A stretch of DNA of 64,000 bases. It comes from Marsupella aquatica. Taxonomy: Eukaryota; Plantae; Marchantiophyta. The notes below the pieces were generated by a model. It had not been told where the DNA came from, made no database searches, and saw nothing but the letters and a program-made list of their open reading frames with translations. Each line of letters starts with the position of its first letter. Position 1 is the first letter of the stretch. The DNA lies in contig OZ316891.1 of NCBI GenBank assembly GCA_973895155.1, forward strand, positions 23,249,899 to 23,313,898. The letters run 5' to 3'. Positions 23,607 through 37,900 of this stretch are shown piece by piece. Both the position numbers and the translations under genes were made by a program.

Positions 23607-26600
23607 TCATTGAGAATCCTCTGATTCCAAATCATCTGAGGAATTACTAGGATCGCTACTCGACTCCCTATCAGTCTCCTTAGCCGAATTGTCAACATAC
23701 TGTGCTACAGTCCCAGCCTCATCATCTATGAACTGAGGGCAGTAAAGGGCTTTCCGAACACCCCTCACTAACCGCAGACCTTTCCCCTCCCAAGTCAAAA
23801 TGATGGGCGCTTCATCAACCTCCTTTGCAGTCTTTTCAGCATAGCATGGAAGCGCAAATCCCTTCTCCCGGGCCCTTCTCAGGGGTCACAAGAAAATGAT
23901 CCTCGATTTCTTTCCGAAGGCGGAATCTCTCCTCCGAAACCAATCCGAACGCCTATCACTGAAGAAATCACCAGAATTGGATCAATACTACACATCCAAA
24001 AATTCTCCAAACAAAAGAAAAACACCAAATAGGGAGTTCTACATCAAAGGCCAAGTGCTTTACTCCAGGTTGAATTTATCCTTCTCGTCTGAAGGTCCTC
24101 CCTGATCATCTCCTGGGATGGTGAACTCATCATCCAACCCTTCATCATTGGGATCATCATTTTTCGGGTCTACGGCCCCTTTCAACTTTTGGGCATGTCT
24201 ATCCAACACATTTGCCAAAGTTTTTTGCGCACACAGATGAAGAATGTCTCGATCTTCAACACCCACAACAAATCTCCCAGCGTATTCCCCAGCGGCAAAA
24301 GCACTTCCATCTCCAACAATCCAGTCAATGACAATGTCCTTTGGCAAAGTAAGGATCTCCATTACGGCTTGCATGAACCCAACTGACAATCTATTGGAAC
24401 CTGCAAAAGCCGCCTTGGGATTGGGATCAGTTTTTGGGTAGCAAACACTCAACATCGATTTATGGTGGGCATCCTCCGAGGAAGTCATTGGAACATATCC
24501 TGTATGTTTCGGGACTTTTGCCAAGAATTCCACCTTGCAAAAGACATCCATAATGAGAGTAACCACCTGAATTGAAAACGAGAATATGTAAGAAATGGGA
24601 ACTTTTGGTTAGCGAGCTCGCTAGCAAAAATTGCACGAAAATATTGAGGATATCTTACCTCAATGTCCATATCTGCCTGATACAAAGGAGATGAAAGCAA
24701 AATCGAATATTGCCGGACATGTTTAAATTTGTTCTTCTGCTCGACGGCAATTTTTTTTGTCTCATATGGTTATAGTCAGAGCTATGAAGAACTGCAACAT
24801 AACCATTGTTGGCAAGCATCGGACACATGACTCCAAAGAAATAATATGGTAATTTCTCACTCCAAACATTCCACTTTGGGACCTCCCGGTCTGTGACGCT
24901 CGTTCGATGACCAGTGGGAAGGAATATGAAACCCAAGTGAGCACCAATTCCAGCGTAATGTTTTAGGGTGTTCATTGATCATCACGGCGTTTGGGTGTTC
25001 GCTCGATTTGTTCATTCCAGACAACCACTGATCCGCATCGCCCATCCAGGGAGGTCTTACTTTCCTCTGGCTAATTGAGTTTGCAGTTTCCGTGAGATTG
25101 CTCTTTGCCAAGAAATGCCTCTCACCGTCCTTCTCAAGACCACACATTTGTGCTACTCCTTGCGCGACGCATGCTTCCTCCTCATCCGAGTCGGAGAGAA
25201 TTTGGACATTGCGCTTCCTCTTTAAATGCTTGATTGAACCCAGGTCCACAGCAGATTTTGTTGTGACCTCAACATCAGGAGACTTGGGTTCTTCTCCATC
25301 ATTCGCCCCACTCTTCAAACTCCCAGAGGCTGCAGCCTTTCTCTTCTCTGAAAAACATGTTAATGTCAGACAGGTGACTGAGACAAAATTACTCCGAATG
25401 AGGTATGAAAAAAAGAGGAGAAAAAGACTTACTTTGCTTCCCAGACAAGACTGATCCATCCTTGGACGGGTCCTTCACCGGCACCTTCCAAGGTCTCCTC
25501 GATCTACTCCGGTCGACAATGGCAGCTACACCAAGAACAACTTTCTCTATTGCCTCACATCCACCAGCCTCGGCTTCTGCAGGAGCTAATTTGGACTCTG
25601 TAATGTACGACTCTGGTATCAAGCCTTGATTTATCATATGAAATGTTGCCTTCTCTGCTGTGTCAAATGTCACTGTCCATTTGTCTGATTCTAAATACCA
25701 TGGACAGTGAAGGACTTCCCACTCACTCATCTTCCTTGGAGCCTCCACTCCCTCACATGGGTACATTGAGTACTCTCCATATTTAACGGAGGTTGGATCC
25801 TCTTTCACTCCTACTATCCAAGGCGAGAAGCAAGCAGGATAGGACCACCAATATGTTTTGTCAACAACTTCTTTATCCACAAAAAAATGATACGTATATC
25901 TCTTCGCCCTCCTCCGAAAAAGTGAGATGTCAATCTTCTCACCCAACTTTGGTGGCCAAATCTGTCTGAAAAAATGAGATTTCACTCTCGTTTGGAAATC
26001 TTCAAAGTCCTCCTCTATGTCAAGGATCAGCGATGGCTTTGTCTTCTTAGAGGAAGTAAGGATCCTTGCATCTGGAATAGTTGGGATCATCTCTGAAATA
26101 ATCTCAGACATGAGCGAAGAACAAATTGACTCAACCTGCTCCCATACAGCCCATCGATGAAGCCAAAGTTTTGTTTCGCTGTCCAAGAATTGACCAGGGT
26201 GGAAGTACTTCTTGCGAAGCTCAAGTCTGCATTGTACCTCGAGGAGTACACATCTGAGCTGCGGAGTCAACGACAAGACACCCATAAATAGCCTCGCACG
26301 ATTGAGACCACATGACACATTACCCCTTCCTTTATCGTCTGTTCGTTGGGCCTCCTTCCTCTCATGTTCGCAGTAGTTGTGCATCTCAACACACTTCTGG
26401 AAAAAGTCACCAAACTCAGGATTCAGGATAGGTCCAATCTTTGGCACCTTCACATTCCAATCTGCTAGTTGCTCCTTCATCATGTCTTTCACTGCCATGT
26501 CTTGCGTAGCTTTTGAAAGAAGTTCTCCTTGCGCTTCTTTCAACTGGAACTTCTTCAAATCTTCCGTCTGTGCTGCAATATTAGCAGCAGACAGAATGTA

Positions 26601-27020
26601 CGTGCAAGCATCGAGTGTCATGTTCTTCGAATACCAAGCCGGTTTCCTGATATTTGCCATCTTCTACTGGAAAAGTTTGTAGTTGTCTGCATCAATGATA
26701 TCTTTGTATACAGAAAGGTCATTACTGAGCACCTTCTGGACTCTCTTTGCTTCAAGGACCCAAGAATTCTCAACGTGACATTGAGTCAACCTGAACAAAA
26801 GAAACAGGTCAGCGAGATCGCTAACAAGAGGAACTGAAAGAATTTTATATACAATTCAGAGCTTGAAGGAAAAGAAACAAACCTATTCAGCACATGCATC
26901 GCCGACTCAATCTGAACAAATGAGTTCTTGTCACCCTTGAAAATTCGGCAAACAACTCGAGGATGATATTTGACATCATGGGGATTCTCGTCCGCAAGCT
27001 GCATCCATGAGTACAGACAA
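23607..27020 (-). pseudogene. ParB-MTase-like gene (copy B), 5'-truncated; homologous to copy C
   Basis: YHPRVVCRIFKG, 423-aa helical middle ORF, GFIFLPTG...VPKWN, LSVGFMQAVMEILTLPKDIVIDWIVGDGSAFAAGEYAGRFVVGVE; introns at about 26882-26791, 25432-25348, 24658-24568 at the same positions as in C. Confidence 0.8.
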
Positions 27021-28768
27021 TCCTCACCCAGCCCGCTTCAATGCACCCTGTACACCTCTCAGTGGCGCTGCTAGTCCCATCATACACTCAGATTGCCTCA
27101 CACACACACACATCCATGAGAGAAATGAGGCCTGAGAGGAAAACTCAATTAGATTCAAAGATGTGCACAATAGTTCACTGAGAACACTTGATCAAAAAAT
27201 AGGCCCGAAGGCTGTCTCCTCCAGATTGCGACATGCTTGCCCTGCAAGCCCCGTGCTTGCCATGCAAGCTCAATCCTGAACCTGAGCCCGGCTCACTCCA
27301 GATTGCGACGGCAGATTGGACTCAAACCAATCCCGTACTTGCCTTGCAAACTCAATCCTGAACTCAACCTCCTTCACTGCACTTCATCCTCGGGGGCACG
27401 TACAGATCTCACACCTCCATTTCAGAATGTCAAGTATGCATGCACGGTTGACTCGACTTCAAAGCTGGTACCAGGCCTAACGGCGATCTACCCCAGACTG
27501 CAATGAGGCCTGGCCTCATGCTTGCCTTGCAAGCTCAGCTCTGGCCATAGATCCCTTAGTGCTCTCTACCAGACAAAGGCCGGGACTCCCCATGGATCAC
27601 GTAGCCTTGCCAGACTGAACTGTAAATGCTCCTCCTGCTGCCCCTCAAATAGTGTCTCAGCCTCCCTAATGTGCTCACCACAAATCAAATTGAAATCCTC
27701 CCCACAGTTTACAATCACCAATACATCACCTATCACCAAGGCTCTGTATCGGGGGAAAAGAACCCAGTTGTGCTGCCCACTAGAAAGAGCCACAATCCAG
27801 CTTGCAAACCTAGCAACCCGTTGCTGTGAAGCTTGGCTGATTACTCCCTGAGTAATAGCACCACCAAGCTCTCCCCAACACGCAGCGTCCAAGTCCAGCC
27901 TTGCTTGCACAGAGCTCCTCCCTGCTGCTCAGTCTACGTGAGATCACACAACTGGAGTTCCCCCCCCCCTTGCCTCTACCGGGGGTTGCTCTATATACTC
28001 TCTCATTGAGCCCAAATGGGTGGATGCTACGCTGTTGGAGCCCCATCCCAGCCCTAACAGAGCCGCCACTATCTCTAACTACTGAACCCTAACTCGCAGC
28101 TTTATTTCTATCTCAAATTGGCTATGTACTTTGGATTTGGCCCTCCTCCATGGTTTTTGCAAGCTTGCGCCTCCTCTCCTGATTTCTCTATTCAACCATT
28201 TGTTGCGTGGATAGCAGCGTTGGAAGCGGCTTGAGCTCCTCTTTCCAACGAGGTCAATTATAGCCGATTTGGTCAAATACACAGAGAGTTATGCCCCCGC
28301 AACCAAGAGAGGGTACTCACTGCTCCGCTAACCCGAGTTACATAGCTAACCCGAGTTCGGCTAACCTAGCTATCCTATCTAACCCAAGTAGAGCTAACCC
28401 GTGGTCTCGGGTTAGGCCGCTACCCGCTATCCGCTATCCGCTAACCTAGCCTAAGCTGAGCCCGAACCCGAGCTTACCTATGCTAACCTGAGCCCGAGTT
28501 TAGGCTAACCCGAGTTAAGTCTAACCCGAGATCAATCTAGTCCGAACCCGGGTTAAGCCTAAGCTGAAGCCGTGTTTACTGAGCTAAGCTGAAGCCGCGC
28601 TGACGTGAGCTAAGTTGAAGCTGTGCTGACCTGAGCTAAGCTGAAGCCGTGCTGACCTGAACTAAGCTGAAGCCGTGCTCACATAAGCTAAGCCGTGGTC
28701 GAGCTTGGGTTAACCCGAAACTGAAGCCGAATCCGCTAATTCCGGCCATAAGTTAACCCGTCACACTA
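27020..28768 (-). mobile_element. Truncated insertion with hAT-like end and AACCCG-rich and 26-bp subterminal repeats
   Basis: 28320-28760 is packed with gctaacccgag and gagctaagctgaagccgtgctgacct units; minus-strand end reads TAGTGTGACGGG; other end not found. Confidence 0.45.
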
Positions 28769-29044
28769 ATCAGGCCGTATCTTTCTTAATACCCCTCCGT
28801 TTCTCGAGTGTTTTATATCGATTTTACTCGCCTTGACCAGATCTTTCCAATGCTCTTTACAGATCCGGATTTGGTGATATATTGAAAGAGATATGGTCAT
28901 CGACCACCCGCGACATAGCTTTTATTTCCCTACTCTTAACGCCATGATTGCCCTTATTCTTGCCATCTTGCTAATTGTTATGCAATATCAATAGCTACTC
29001 CTTGCATACAGCAACCTACTTAATCAGATTACAAAATAAGGACC

Positions 29045-29914
29045 ATGTCATTGGCGTCACACTATAAACTGTGGGAAAGGCAGAGAACAGCACCAACATA
29101 TGTTCAGGCCTACCGTGTTGCTGACAAAATCCATCGTTGGTGGAAGGAAGGAAACTGCTATGCTGGGAAATTGAAGTCTCTCCAAGGATGGTTATCTTGG
29201 TGGGTCGTGAGGTGGAGGCAATGGGGGAACTTCATCCGCGTTGTAAGTGTCCAATTTCATTTCTATTTGACGTCATTGTTTTTGCTAGCGACCTTGCTAG
29301 CATATTAGGTCTGACTGGGGACAACTTTTTCGCAGACGCAAACCGCAATGGAGTCAGCCTTGATGCCAAATTGTACTGGAGCGGAATCAGTCCATGCATC
29401 CATGAGATCTTGCCAAATGAAGAAACTAGTGGGATTGATTGAAGCATGTGAGGTGGACCAGAATCGTGTTGCGGGGCAAATTGCTGCTTTTACTGCCTAC
29501 AGTGAAGGTGTTCATAGAGGCCAAGGGCCAACCATTTTCGAATTAGCATATAGGAACGCCGATGCTATGGGATCCATGGATGCTTACGAAAAGGCCGCAA
29601 ATCTTTTGCTTGAGTCTTCAGCTAAGTATGAATTCTATAGAACAGTTCCATTACATAGGGATCTCCAAACAACATCCACGAAGAGGAAAGGGAAAGCTTC
29701 AATTGTAATCCACAAGAATGACTCCCACAGACATGACAAGGTGTCACGCACAACAGCTTCTCCTTCAGGACTAAAAAGGCGTAATCTCTATCCTAAATTT
29801 TGCTTCGTTAATGTTTCGGAGACTTCTGCAGACCCAGAAATAGCAAATAATACAACTTCGGGAACCCCTGTCGGAGGTTGTTCTGCTGGAGTTATCCATA
29901 TCTCAGATGACAAT
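29045..29914 (+). pseudogene. Mutator-like transposase fragment (element B)
   Basis: GWLSWWVVRWRQWGNFI and PNCTGAESVHAS align with the element C transposase, with the same intron position; cut by the insertion at 29915. Confidence 0.8.
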
Positions 29915-32900
29915 TGTGGTGGTTCCCATGGCTCCCCAAACCCAACAAACCCCCCCGCACAAGCCGATTCCTGCAGGTTTCGTGCTCGGCGAGGCCGTTT
30001 CCGCGGCTTAGCGGCATGGGATGCTGCTAACCTCCTACTATACCTATTAACATTTTACACACATATACTGGATAGATCCTTCATCGGGTCATGAGATACG
30101 CAGTTGGCCTAATCTAGACCTTCTCTTGTCTTTCCCTCCTGTTGGTTAGGTATATTTGGATTCCGCCGTCGGAATGATCCCCAATTGGTTTGGTTAAGCC
30201 GCTAAGACCTCTCTCAGCTCGACACATCCAACTCTCACTCCCTTGCTTACTTCCCTTCTACTTGTTGATGTGGGCACTCTTCACACAAGTTAATGCGACA
30301 CACAAATAGCAAAATGACTCCTTCTGACTTAGTTATACCATGCACTTGCAATACAAACAGTACATCTCATACACAAGCTCTGCGAACTAAGCCGTGAGGC
30401 CAACTCTATTCAGTTCTTAGGTATGAGGAAACATGAATATACACAAGGGTCACTGTATAACTAACCGAGAGCTTCTCTTACTACTTTGATCCCAGCCCTG
30501 CTGGTGCAACTAAAAACTTGCTAAAGAAGAGGCCCTAAACTCCCCGTAGCCCAAGTACTTATCCTGGTCGTGGATCCGCCTGATTCCTTGCAGCGTAAGC
30601 CTAATCTACCTACTGTAATCTACCTGACTATAATCTACCTATGTACAGCGAGGCAGGAGCACAAGTGTTGCCCTCACCCGTGGATCCAAAATCCCACTAA
30701 TCTAAATGTCAGGGCCGTCTCCTAGTCCTGATCCTGATCCTAAGTCTAAACTTGGAGATCAGCGCCCGCCCTGCTCACTCACGCCTCCTACCTCCACGTC
30801 CGCCTTCCCTAAAAGGGACGGCGCCCTTACACCGTCATGACACCGGTGGCTGGTTCTCAATGGACGCCCCCAACGCTTCCTCCGTAGCCACTGTCGTTGG
30901 TCCATCTTCTGACAGATTACCTGCCCTTGACCGAGTCAACTCTTCATTGGCCTGACTGGGTCCACCCTTGGCTTCGGCCTCAGCATTGGTCACGGCCTCC
31001 GATACGACTACGGCCTCCCCGACATGTTCTAGTGGAGGATCCGGTACATCAACATCATTACTGGTTCTCCCGACCTCAGCCTTGCCATCTCCACTTCCTA
31101 GGACTGGTGGATCCATCGCCGTGCCGATGCCAAAGATTGGTGTCGGGTTTATCTTCTCGGTCACAACGGCTTGAGAAGCCGTATAACTCCCAGACCTAGA
31201 AGGTTTCTGCTTCTTCTTCTTCCCTATTTCGACAGCTGGTTCCTTCCCTTTGCCACTTACCTTCGGCACCGGGGTGAGTGTTTTGGCTTGTCCTACGGCC
31301 AATACTACCCTTGGTAACTGGGTTCCCCCAATTGGAGTTGGACCTGATGAAGCCAAGCATTTAAATACTGCGGCTTGTGTCTTCAGCCGCTCTGTTTGGT
31401 TGTCGGCCCGCCGCTATAGGTTCTCCATCTTCCTTGTGATTTCCTCCAACTCCTCCTGGGTCTCGTCCAGGTCCTTGCACGCCTCCTCCAGCTCCTTGTT
31501 GGCTTCCTCCAATTCTTTCTTTAAGGTAGCCCTCTCCTCCTGGGTTGCTCTTAGCTCCTTGTCGAGCTCTGCTACGACCACAGACTCCATCTTATTCATC
31601 TTGGCATAAGTTTGGTCGAGCTGGTTGTCCTTTTCATGCAGGTGAGCCTTGAAGCTGGCCGTTAGGGATGCAAGCTCCTGCTACAGCGCAATAATCCCTT
31701 GATAGGATTTCCCTAACTCTGCTTCCTTCTGCTCAAGGGCTCCACGGATATCTTTGAGCTCTCCTTTCAACGCCCTCTCCCTTCTCTGGTTCTCTACCAT
31801 TGCCCAATTGTTGGTTGCTAAGTGGGCCTCCTCTGCATCCCTTCGCTCCCGCTTCCATTTCTCTCTTTCTTTGACTGCGTCGGCCAACTCTCCTTGGGTC
31901 CGAGTCAGTTTATCTTTGATAATCTGATTGTCAGACTGAGCGGTATCCAACTGCCCCTGCATGATGTTTAGCTCATGCCGCTTAATCCGTAGCTCATCTT
32001 GGGCTTTCTTGGCCACCTACAGGACTTCCACCTTGGCTTCCTTCTCCCTAAGCCGCCGGATGACCTTGTCCTTCTTGCTTCTCTCCAAAGCCACCGCTTC
32101 TTCTAATCGGTGCTTTTCCAACATCTCCCTCTGGAAAAAGGGTCCCTGCTCCAACTCCTCCCCAAAGATGCTGAGCGCCAGGTCCCCACACATCTCCCCG
32201 TACTCCATGGCTCTACCCTTAGCATAGATGGAGTAACTAGAAGTCATCGGCATCAACCACCGCGGCCTTTGCTCCCAAGCCGCCTTGCGGATTTCTTCTA
32301 TGGTGGCAAGAGGGTTGCTTCTTTTTTTGGCAAGCCGCTTGATGTCCTCCGGCCAATCTCCTCCTGGTAAATCCTTCTCCCTAGCCAGGGCTGCTTTCTC
32401 TTCCTCCCTAAGTCGCTCCTGAAATTCTTGTGCCGTCTGCTTTATGCCGTCAAAGCTCGGGGGAGCAATCTCTGGTGGGGGAGACTCGGGGCTACTCTAT
32501 TGGGTGGGGTCCCCTCAAACTACTCTTGGAAGCGTGGGGATAAATCGGCCACAGGTCCTTACTCCTGGAACATGATGATCCGACCCATAGCTAGAGTTAT
32601 CATTGTTGTAGTCCTCCACCGCCTCCTCCACTACTTGGACTCCCGGCTTCTCCCTTTGTTCCCCTGGTCCAGTCGTGAAAATGGCCTCTGGTTCCTCTGG
32701 TTTCCAGGCTGTCGTCTCCCTTTGCTCTGCGCGGGAAGGAGCCTTAGGCTGCTCTGCCTCTGATTCGGGGCTTGAGGCTCCCACATACATTCACACTCCC
32801 GGCTTGTGTTCTGGCCTCCTTCTCTCCTTGGCTCCGATAAAGGGGTCTTCCCTTCTGAGTCAGCTTAGGCCGACCTTTGGGGGAGCGTCTTGTATCGGTG

Positions 32901-33327
32901 CCGTTGCCGTTGCCATTGCCGGAACTGTTGCCATTGCCGGAACCGTTCTCTTTTCCTTCAGCAATTTCAGCAGATTTTGCATGCCTGGTTGCTGCATCGG
33001 CAAGTCTTCTTTCCTTGTCCGAAACACCTACTCAATCATCGGACTGTCGGGCTGGTTGGGCTTCTCTGGTGCCGGCCCCTGCTCTGGAACCTCCTCCGGT
33101 GCCCTTGCCAATAGGGGAAGTACTGGGGCAAAGATTTGACTTTTGGCATACCGGCACAACAGCGGCATGTGATAGCCAAGCCGGGACACGCTTCCCACGC
33201 AGATCACCTGCTGTTCCTCCTTCAAGATCTTCTTCAGTTGGTTGAGGAGGTACCCGTTGTAATCCCTGCTTGGGTCTGGCCTTTCTGCCAGGTAGACCTG
33301 AGCCTTGCCGATCTCTGCCCTCGACAA
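29915..33327. mobile_element. Second, truncated copy of the TG...CA element
   Basis: Highly similar to 17107-about 20502, starts TGTGGTG; similarity stops abruptly near 33327. Confidence 0.92.
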
Positions 33328-34936
33328 GGCGCTACTCAAAATGAAAAAACGTAATCATACCAGTTAACAAAACTCAAGCCAAAATGATTTTTACTAAATT
33401 GAAAACATTGTGTATACACGTCGCTTCTACTAATGAAGCACAATACAAAATTCCAAAATGAGGAGCCTAAAGTCCACCTCCAGCAATTCAAAATTATTCA
33501 CCGGATCATAGATCGCATCAGCGAAACAAGTATCTCCGGGAGGCCCAAGAGCCTAACCACAAGTCTATTCAAAATGCCGGATCATAGAAAGACCCAAATC
33601 CGTCGTTGAGCCCTGCAAACTATAATCAACCTCACTCTAACGGAGCAATCCACGGTGAAAAAACCCATTCACAAGCCTAACCTAACCCCAAAATGAAGCA
33701 GCAAGTTCACCTCCTCCAATTCCAAACTACGAACCGGATGTGGTTCTCCTCCATGAAATGAGTAGCGCCTGGCGCTACCCAAGATCATGACCACGATGAT
33801 CCTAGGATGATCCCGGATCAAACGAAGACTCACATTCGTCGATGAGCCCTGCCTTCTTGTGTTTTGGCTTCTGTCAAAAGCCAAATGTTCGAGTTGCAAC
33901 GTACCGTGCACTTGGAAGCCTTCGCAAAGGGTGCGATGAAGACTCAGGAAGGTTTGTATCATAGAAATTGATACGACCAAGAAATTCAGCAGACTGAATT
34001 TCCACATCCCAGAAGACATTCGATGGAGGATGTTCGGGAGTTGGATAATGAATTGAGAATCTCTACTGAAATGGCCTCGGAGGAGAATCAGGAAGCCAAG
34101 GAATGTTCCGTTCACCCGGGCTCATACCCTCGTCCACAGGCAGTTGGAGACGATTCCTTATGTCGGAAGTCTCGGTCAGGCGACTTTCGGTGTCTGCAAT
34201 CGATGTCGATGACCCAAAGTTGACCGTCTGATCGGTCTACTCCTCCGATGCTGGCACTTTCCTTTGGGGCCGCACAACGTTATCGACATTGAAACCAGGA
34301 CGCTCCATATCGTCCATCGATGGTTACTTTGATCGGGTTACTCAACGCATGTAGCGCAAGAAACAACCTTCAAGCGCAGAGTATACTTTCCAAACCGCAA
34401 GAGCACAATGTGAACAGCTTCGTATGGAGGGATTACTCGAATGTATGCCCCCTCAAAGTATCTCCGTTTTTTTGATTCAACGGACATACGACCAAACCAA
34501 CTCATGAGAATGGACCGACGGGGAATATTTCCCCAACGGGTGCTAACGTTCATTAATTTATGAACTTAACCGACAAAACTTCAACGGTAATACTACTTCC
34601 GGAAGGCATATTATTGGCTAACGCCTGGCGCTATCAAAAACAAAGTCATTTCCAAATCTTTTTCGTTCCTTGAAAATTCTGAAAGTTTAGGGTTATTTGG
34701 TTAACTCCAGGCGCTATACAAATACGAGTCACCCAGAGCATGTCCCACAAATATTCTGAATTCAATTTTTGCAATAGTCTCTGGCATGAAGCTAGGCGCT
34801 AAAGTGAAATATTGAACTTTCATATTTCTCCAAGCTCACTTGAGAACATAATATACCAACTTGACTACAAATATTTGTTCACGTCTGAACATTTATATAC
34901 GATGGAATTGATACAAATGGGGTTCTCATAACTGAT

Positions 34937-37900
34937 CTACTCAGATGACTCTGTCTCACTACTATCGGATCTATTGGTCGACTCCGCCTCGTCGTTCACA
35001 AACTCACTCCGGCACATGTCATCCACGAATTTGTTCACCAAAAACTTCCTATCAGAACCTCTTCTAAGTCTCAGACCTTTTGTTTCCCAAGATAATGTCT
35101 GAGCCCTCTCTACTTTTTGGGCGGCTTTCTCAGCATAGGATGGGAGAATAAATGGTTTTTCTGGTGTAACCTCCATAGCTTCAGCGATCGTTTTCCGGAG
35201 TTCAAACCTTCTCCGCGTATTCCACTCCGACCTGAAAGTTTCATCCATATTAAAACAAACACTAAGTTTACCAAAAATATGTTGCTAAAAACAGTCGTAC
35301 ATTTGGAGTGAGCTTACGAGCATTACTCAGAAGACTCCTCATCCTCGGAATCACTTTTTGATCTCGAGGGATTTCTTTTCTCTGCCTCGTCGTCTCCTAG
35401 ATTGACAACTGGAATCTCTTCTTCATCAGATTCCCTAGCAACATCCGGCTCGCTCTCTTCGGAATCAAAGTTCAAAATTGATCGTACTCTGTCCAACTTC
35501 TCTTTCCCTTTCCTTGACAATCTCTTCTCTGGAGTCAAAGCTGACTTTGGCTCCAAAAGGTCAGCTAAGGTAAACGTTGAAGCCGTGACAAACTCTGTTC
35601 GCCCTTCCACCCCAACAACAAATCTACCACAATAGTCTCCCGCCACGAATGAACTTCTTGAGCAACAAGTCCAGTCGATCACAATATCCCCTAGACAAGA
35701 GATGATCTCTATAACAGACTGCATAAAACCAACTGTGAGCCTCCCGTTTCCACAAGCCACAAGTTCTGGTATTGGATCCAACTTTAAAGATGGAAATCCG
35801 ATCAGATTTGTAATTGAAGGATCTTCGGAAGGCAACAATGGACGGAACTTGGGATCTTTCGGTATTGTTGATTTTCGCAAAACCCGACAGAATATATCCA
35901 ACCGCAGCGTGAAGATCTACAAAACAATAGAATAGTAAGACCATGAAACAAAAAGACACAGATTAGCGCCTGGCGCTGGCCAAAATTAAAGAGATACAAG
36001 ATTAGCGCCTGGCGCTGGCCAAAATGAATGACATTAATTACTTGAGTGTCAGACTTAGGTTTGTACATAGGAAACCCCATGACAACTGTATACGATGCAA
36101 TACAGTCAAACTTTTGCGACTGCTAGCATGCAGATATCACTTCCAAAATCTGGTCATATTCTCCAGTGTGAAGAATAGCCAGAACTCCGTCGTCCGATAG
36201 GAAAGGGTCCATTGCGCTAAAGAAAGCCCCAGGGAGAGAGTGGTCTTGCACATTCCATTTCGGGACTTTCTTGTCCAAAAGTGATGGCCTCAATCCGGTA
36301 GGCAAATACAGAAATCCTGCATCCACACCAAATGTCCTAACTTTTCCACCTCTAATAACCCCCTTTGATCGAGAACCCGACTTCACAAGATTCTTTCCCC
36401 AGGTTTCTACCTGAGAAACCCAAGATGGCTTCTCTTCCTTTTGAAACACACTATCGTAGAACTCTGCCAAGGTAGACTCCACGAATGTGTGCCTGGTTTT
36501 ATTTCCCTTGAAGTCCCCCACATTCCTCTGTAAACCAGTCGCCGCAAGCGTTTCCCTATGAGACCCACCGGAAGTAGAAACGTGACATTTCTTCTTCTTC
36601 CTAGTGCTGGTGGCATCCACTGGCGGAGCACTCACATCTTTCGGGGTCTCCGACCCCTCTGGTCGATCCTCATCCTTCCCAAGACTGTTGTCACGAGAAG
36701 GCTCCGGAGTTGCAGTCAAAGCATTACCCGACACCAACCCCGCATCTGATTTCCGAGATCCTGCTAGAGAAATTGTTGTATTAATAACAGCTCCTGGCGC
36801 TAGCAATATAGAAGACTGAAAATTACGAAGATTTGAAGCTACCAAATTAGGAACTCACTTTTTTGGTCTCTTTTTTAGATCCACTTGGGGTTGTTTCTTG
36901 CTTGGGTTTTGCTCTTGGTTTTCGACTCCTTGCAACTTGGACGACTTGCGTCTCACAAATCCGTTGGAGCTCTATCGCCGAGAGATCAATCTTGGCATCA
37001 ATTCCCTGCTTCATCTTTGACAAAATGTTTCTGGGCTCCAAATTCTTTGATAACTTGTGAAAAGCATCTTTCTCTATCTCATCAAATGGTGAATTCCACT
37101 TGTCTGTGTCAAGATACCACAGACAATGCACAACCTCCCACTTTGCCATTTTCCTTGGGGGAAATTTTCCCTCCGGTGGGTACATGGTGTACCCAAGAAA
37201 GTCTCCAGACACTTCGGACCTCATATTCACAACGGCCCATTTCTGGAAGGCACCAGGATAAGCCCAGAAATAGCCCGGGTCACTCCTCTCCATTTTCACA
37301 TAGTATCGATACAAATATCTCTTGGCTCTCTTGCGGTTAACTTCACTCAAATCCTCCTTGTCAGCGTACTTGGACTCCCAAATAGTGTTGAAAAACTTGG
37401 CCCTTACGGAATCCCCATACTTTCTAAAATCATCTACAATCAAAGCCTTCAACTTCTCAAAGGGAATCAGTTCTCCACCGAGTGTTGTAAGACGTTGTTC
37501 GGTGCATGAACCCATAGCCTCCTTCAAACATGCCTCGAGGAGAGCAGTTGCCATCCCCTCAATTGTGTTCCAAACATGCCAGGTGTGGCACCACTACTTC
37601 ACGGGGTCGTCCGATACTCCGAGCGGATGGAAAAACTGTTTCCTTAACTCGGGAGTACAATGTGCAACAAGCAATGTACTTTGCAATTTTGGATCTAATG
37701 CCAAATTGGCAGTGAACAAGCGAGCTCTATCCATGGTGCAGAATACAGCTTCAGGTACCTTTTCACGTTTGAGTCGATCTGTAAGACAATACATCTCAGC
37801 ACAAGTGTCCATGAAATCTTCAAACTCTGGGCTCAGCAAGGAAGTGAGCTTTGGAGTTTTCACAATCCACTCCTTAGTGGCTTCCTTCATCATCTGACTG

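Noticed and set aside
27566-28282. Possible LINE ORF1/endonuclease
   Set aside because: No convincing endonuclease, RT or zinc-knuckle motifs; left unassigned.
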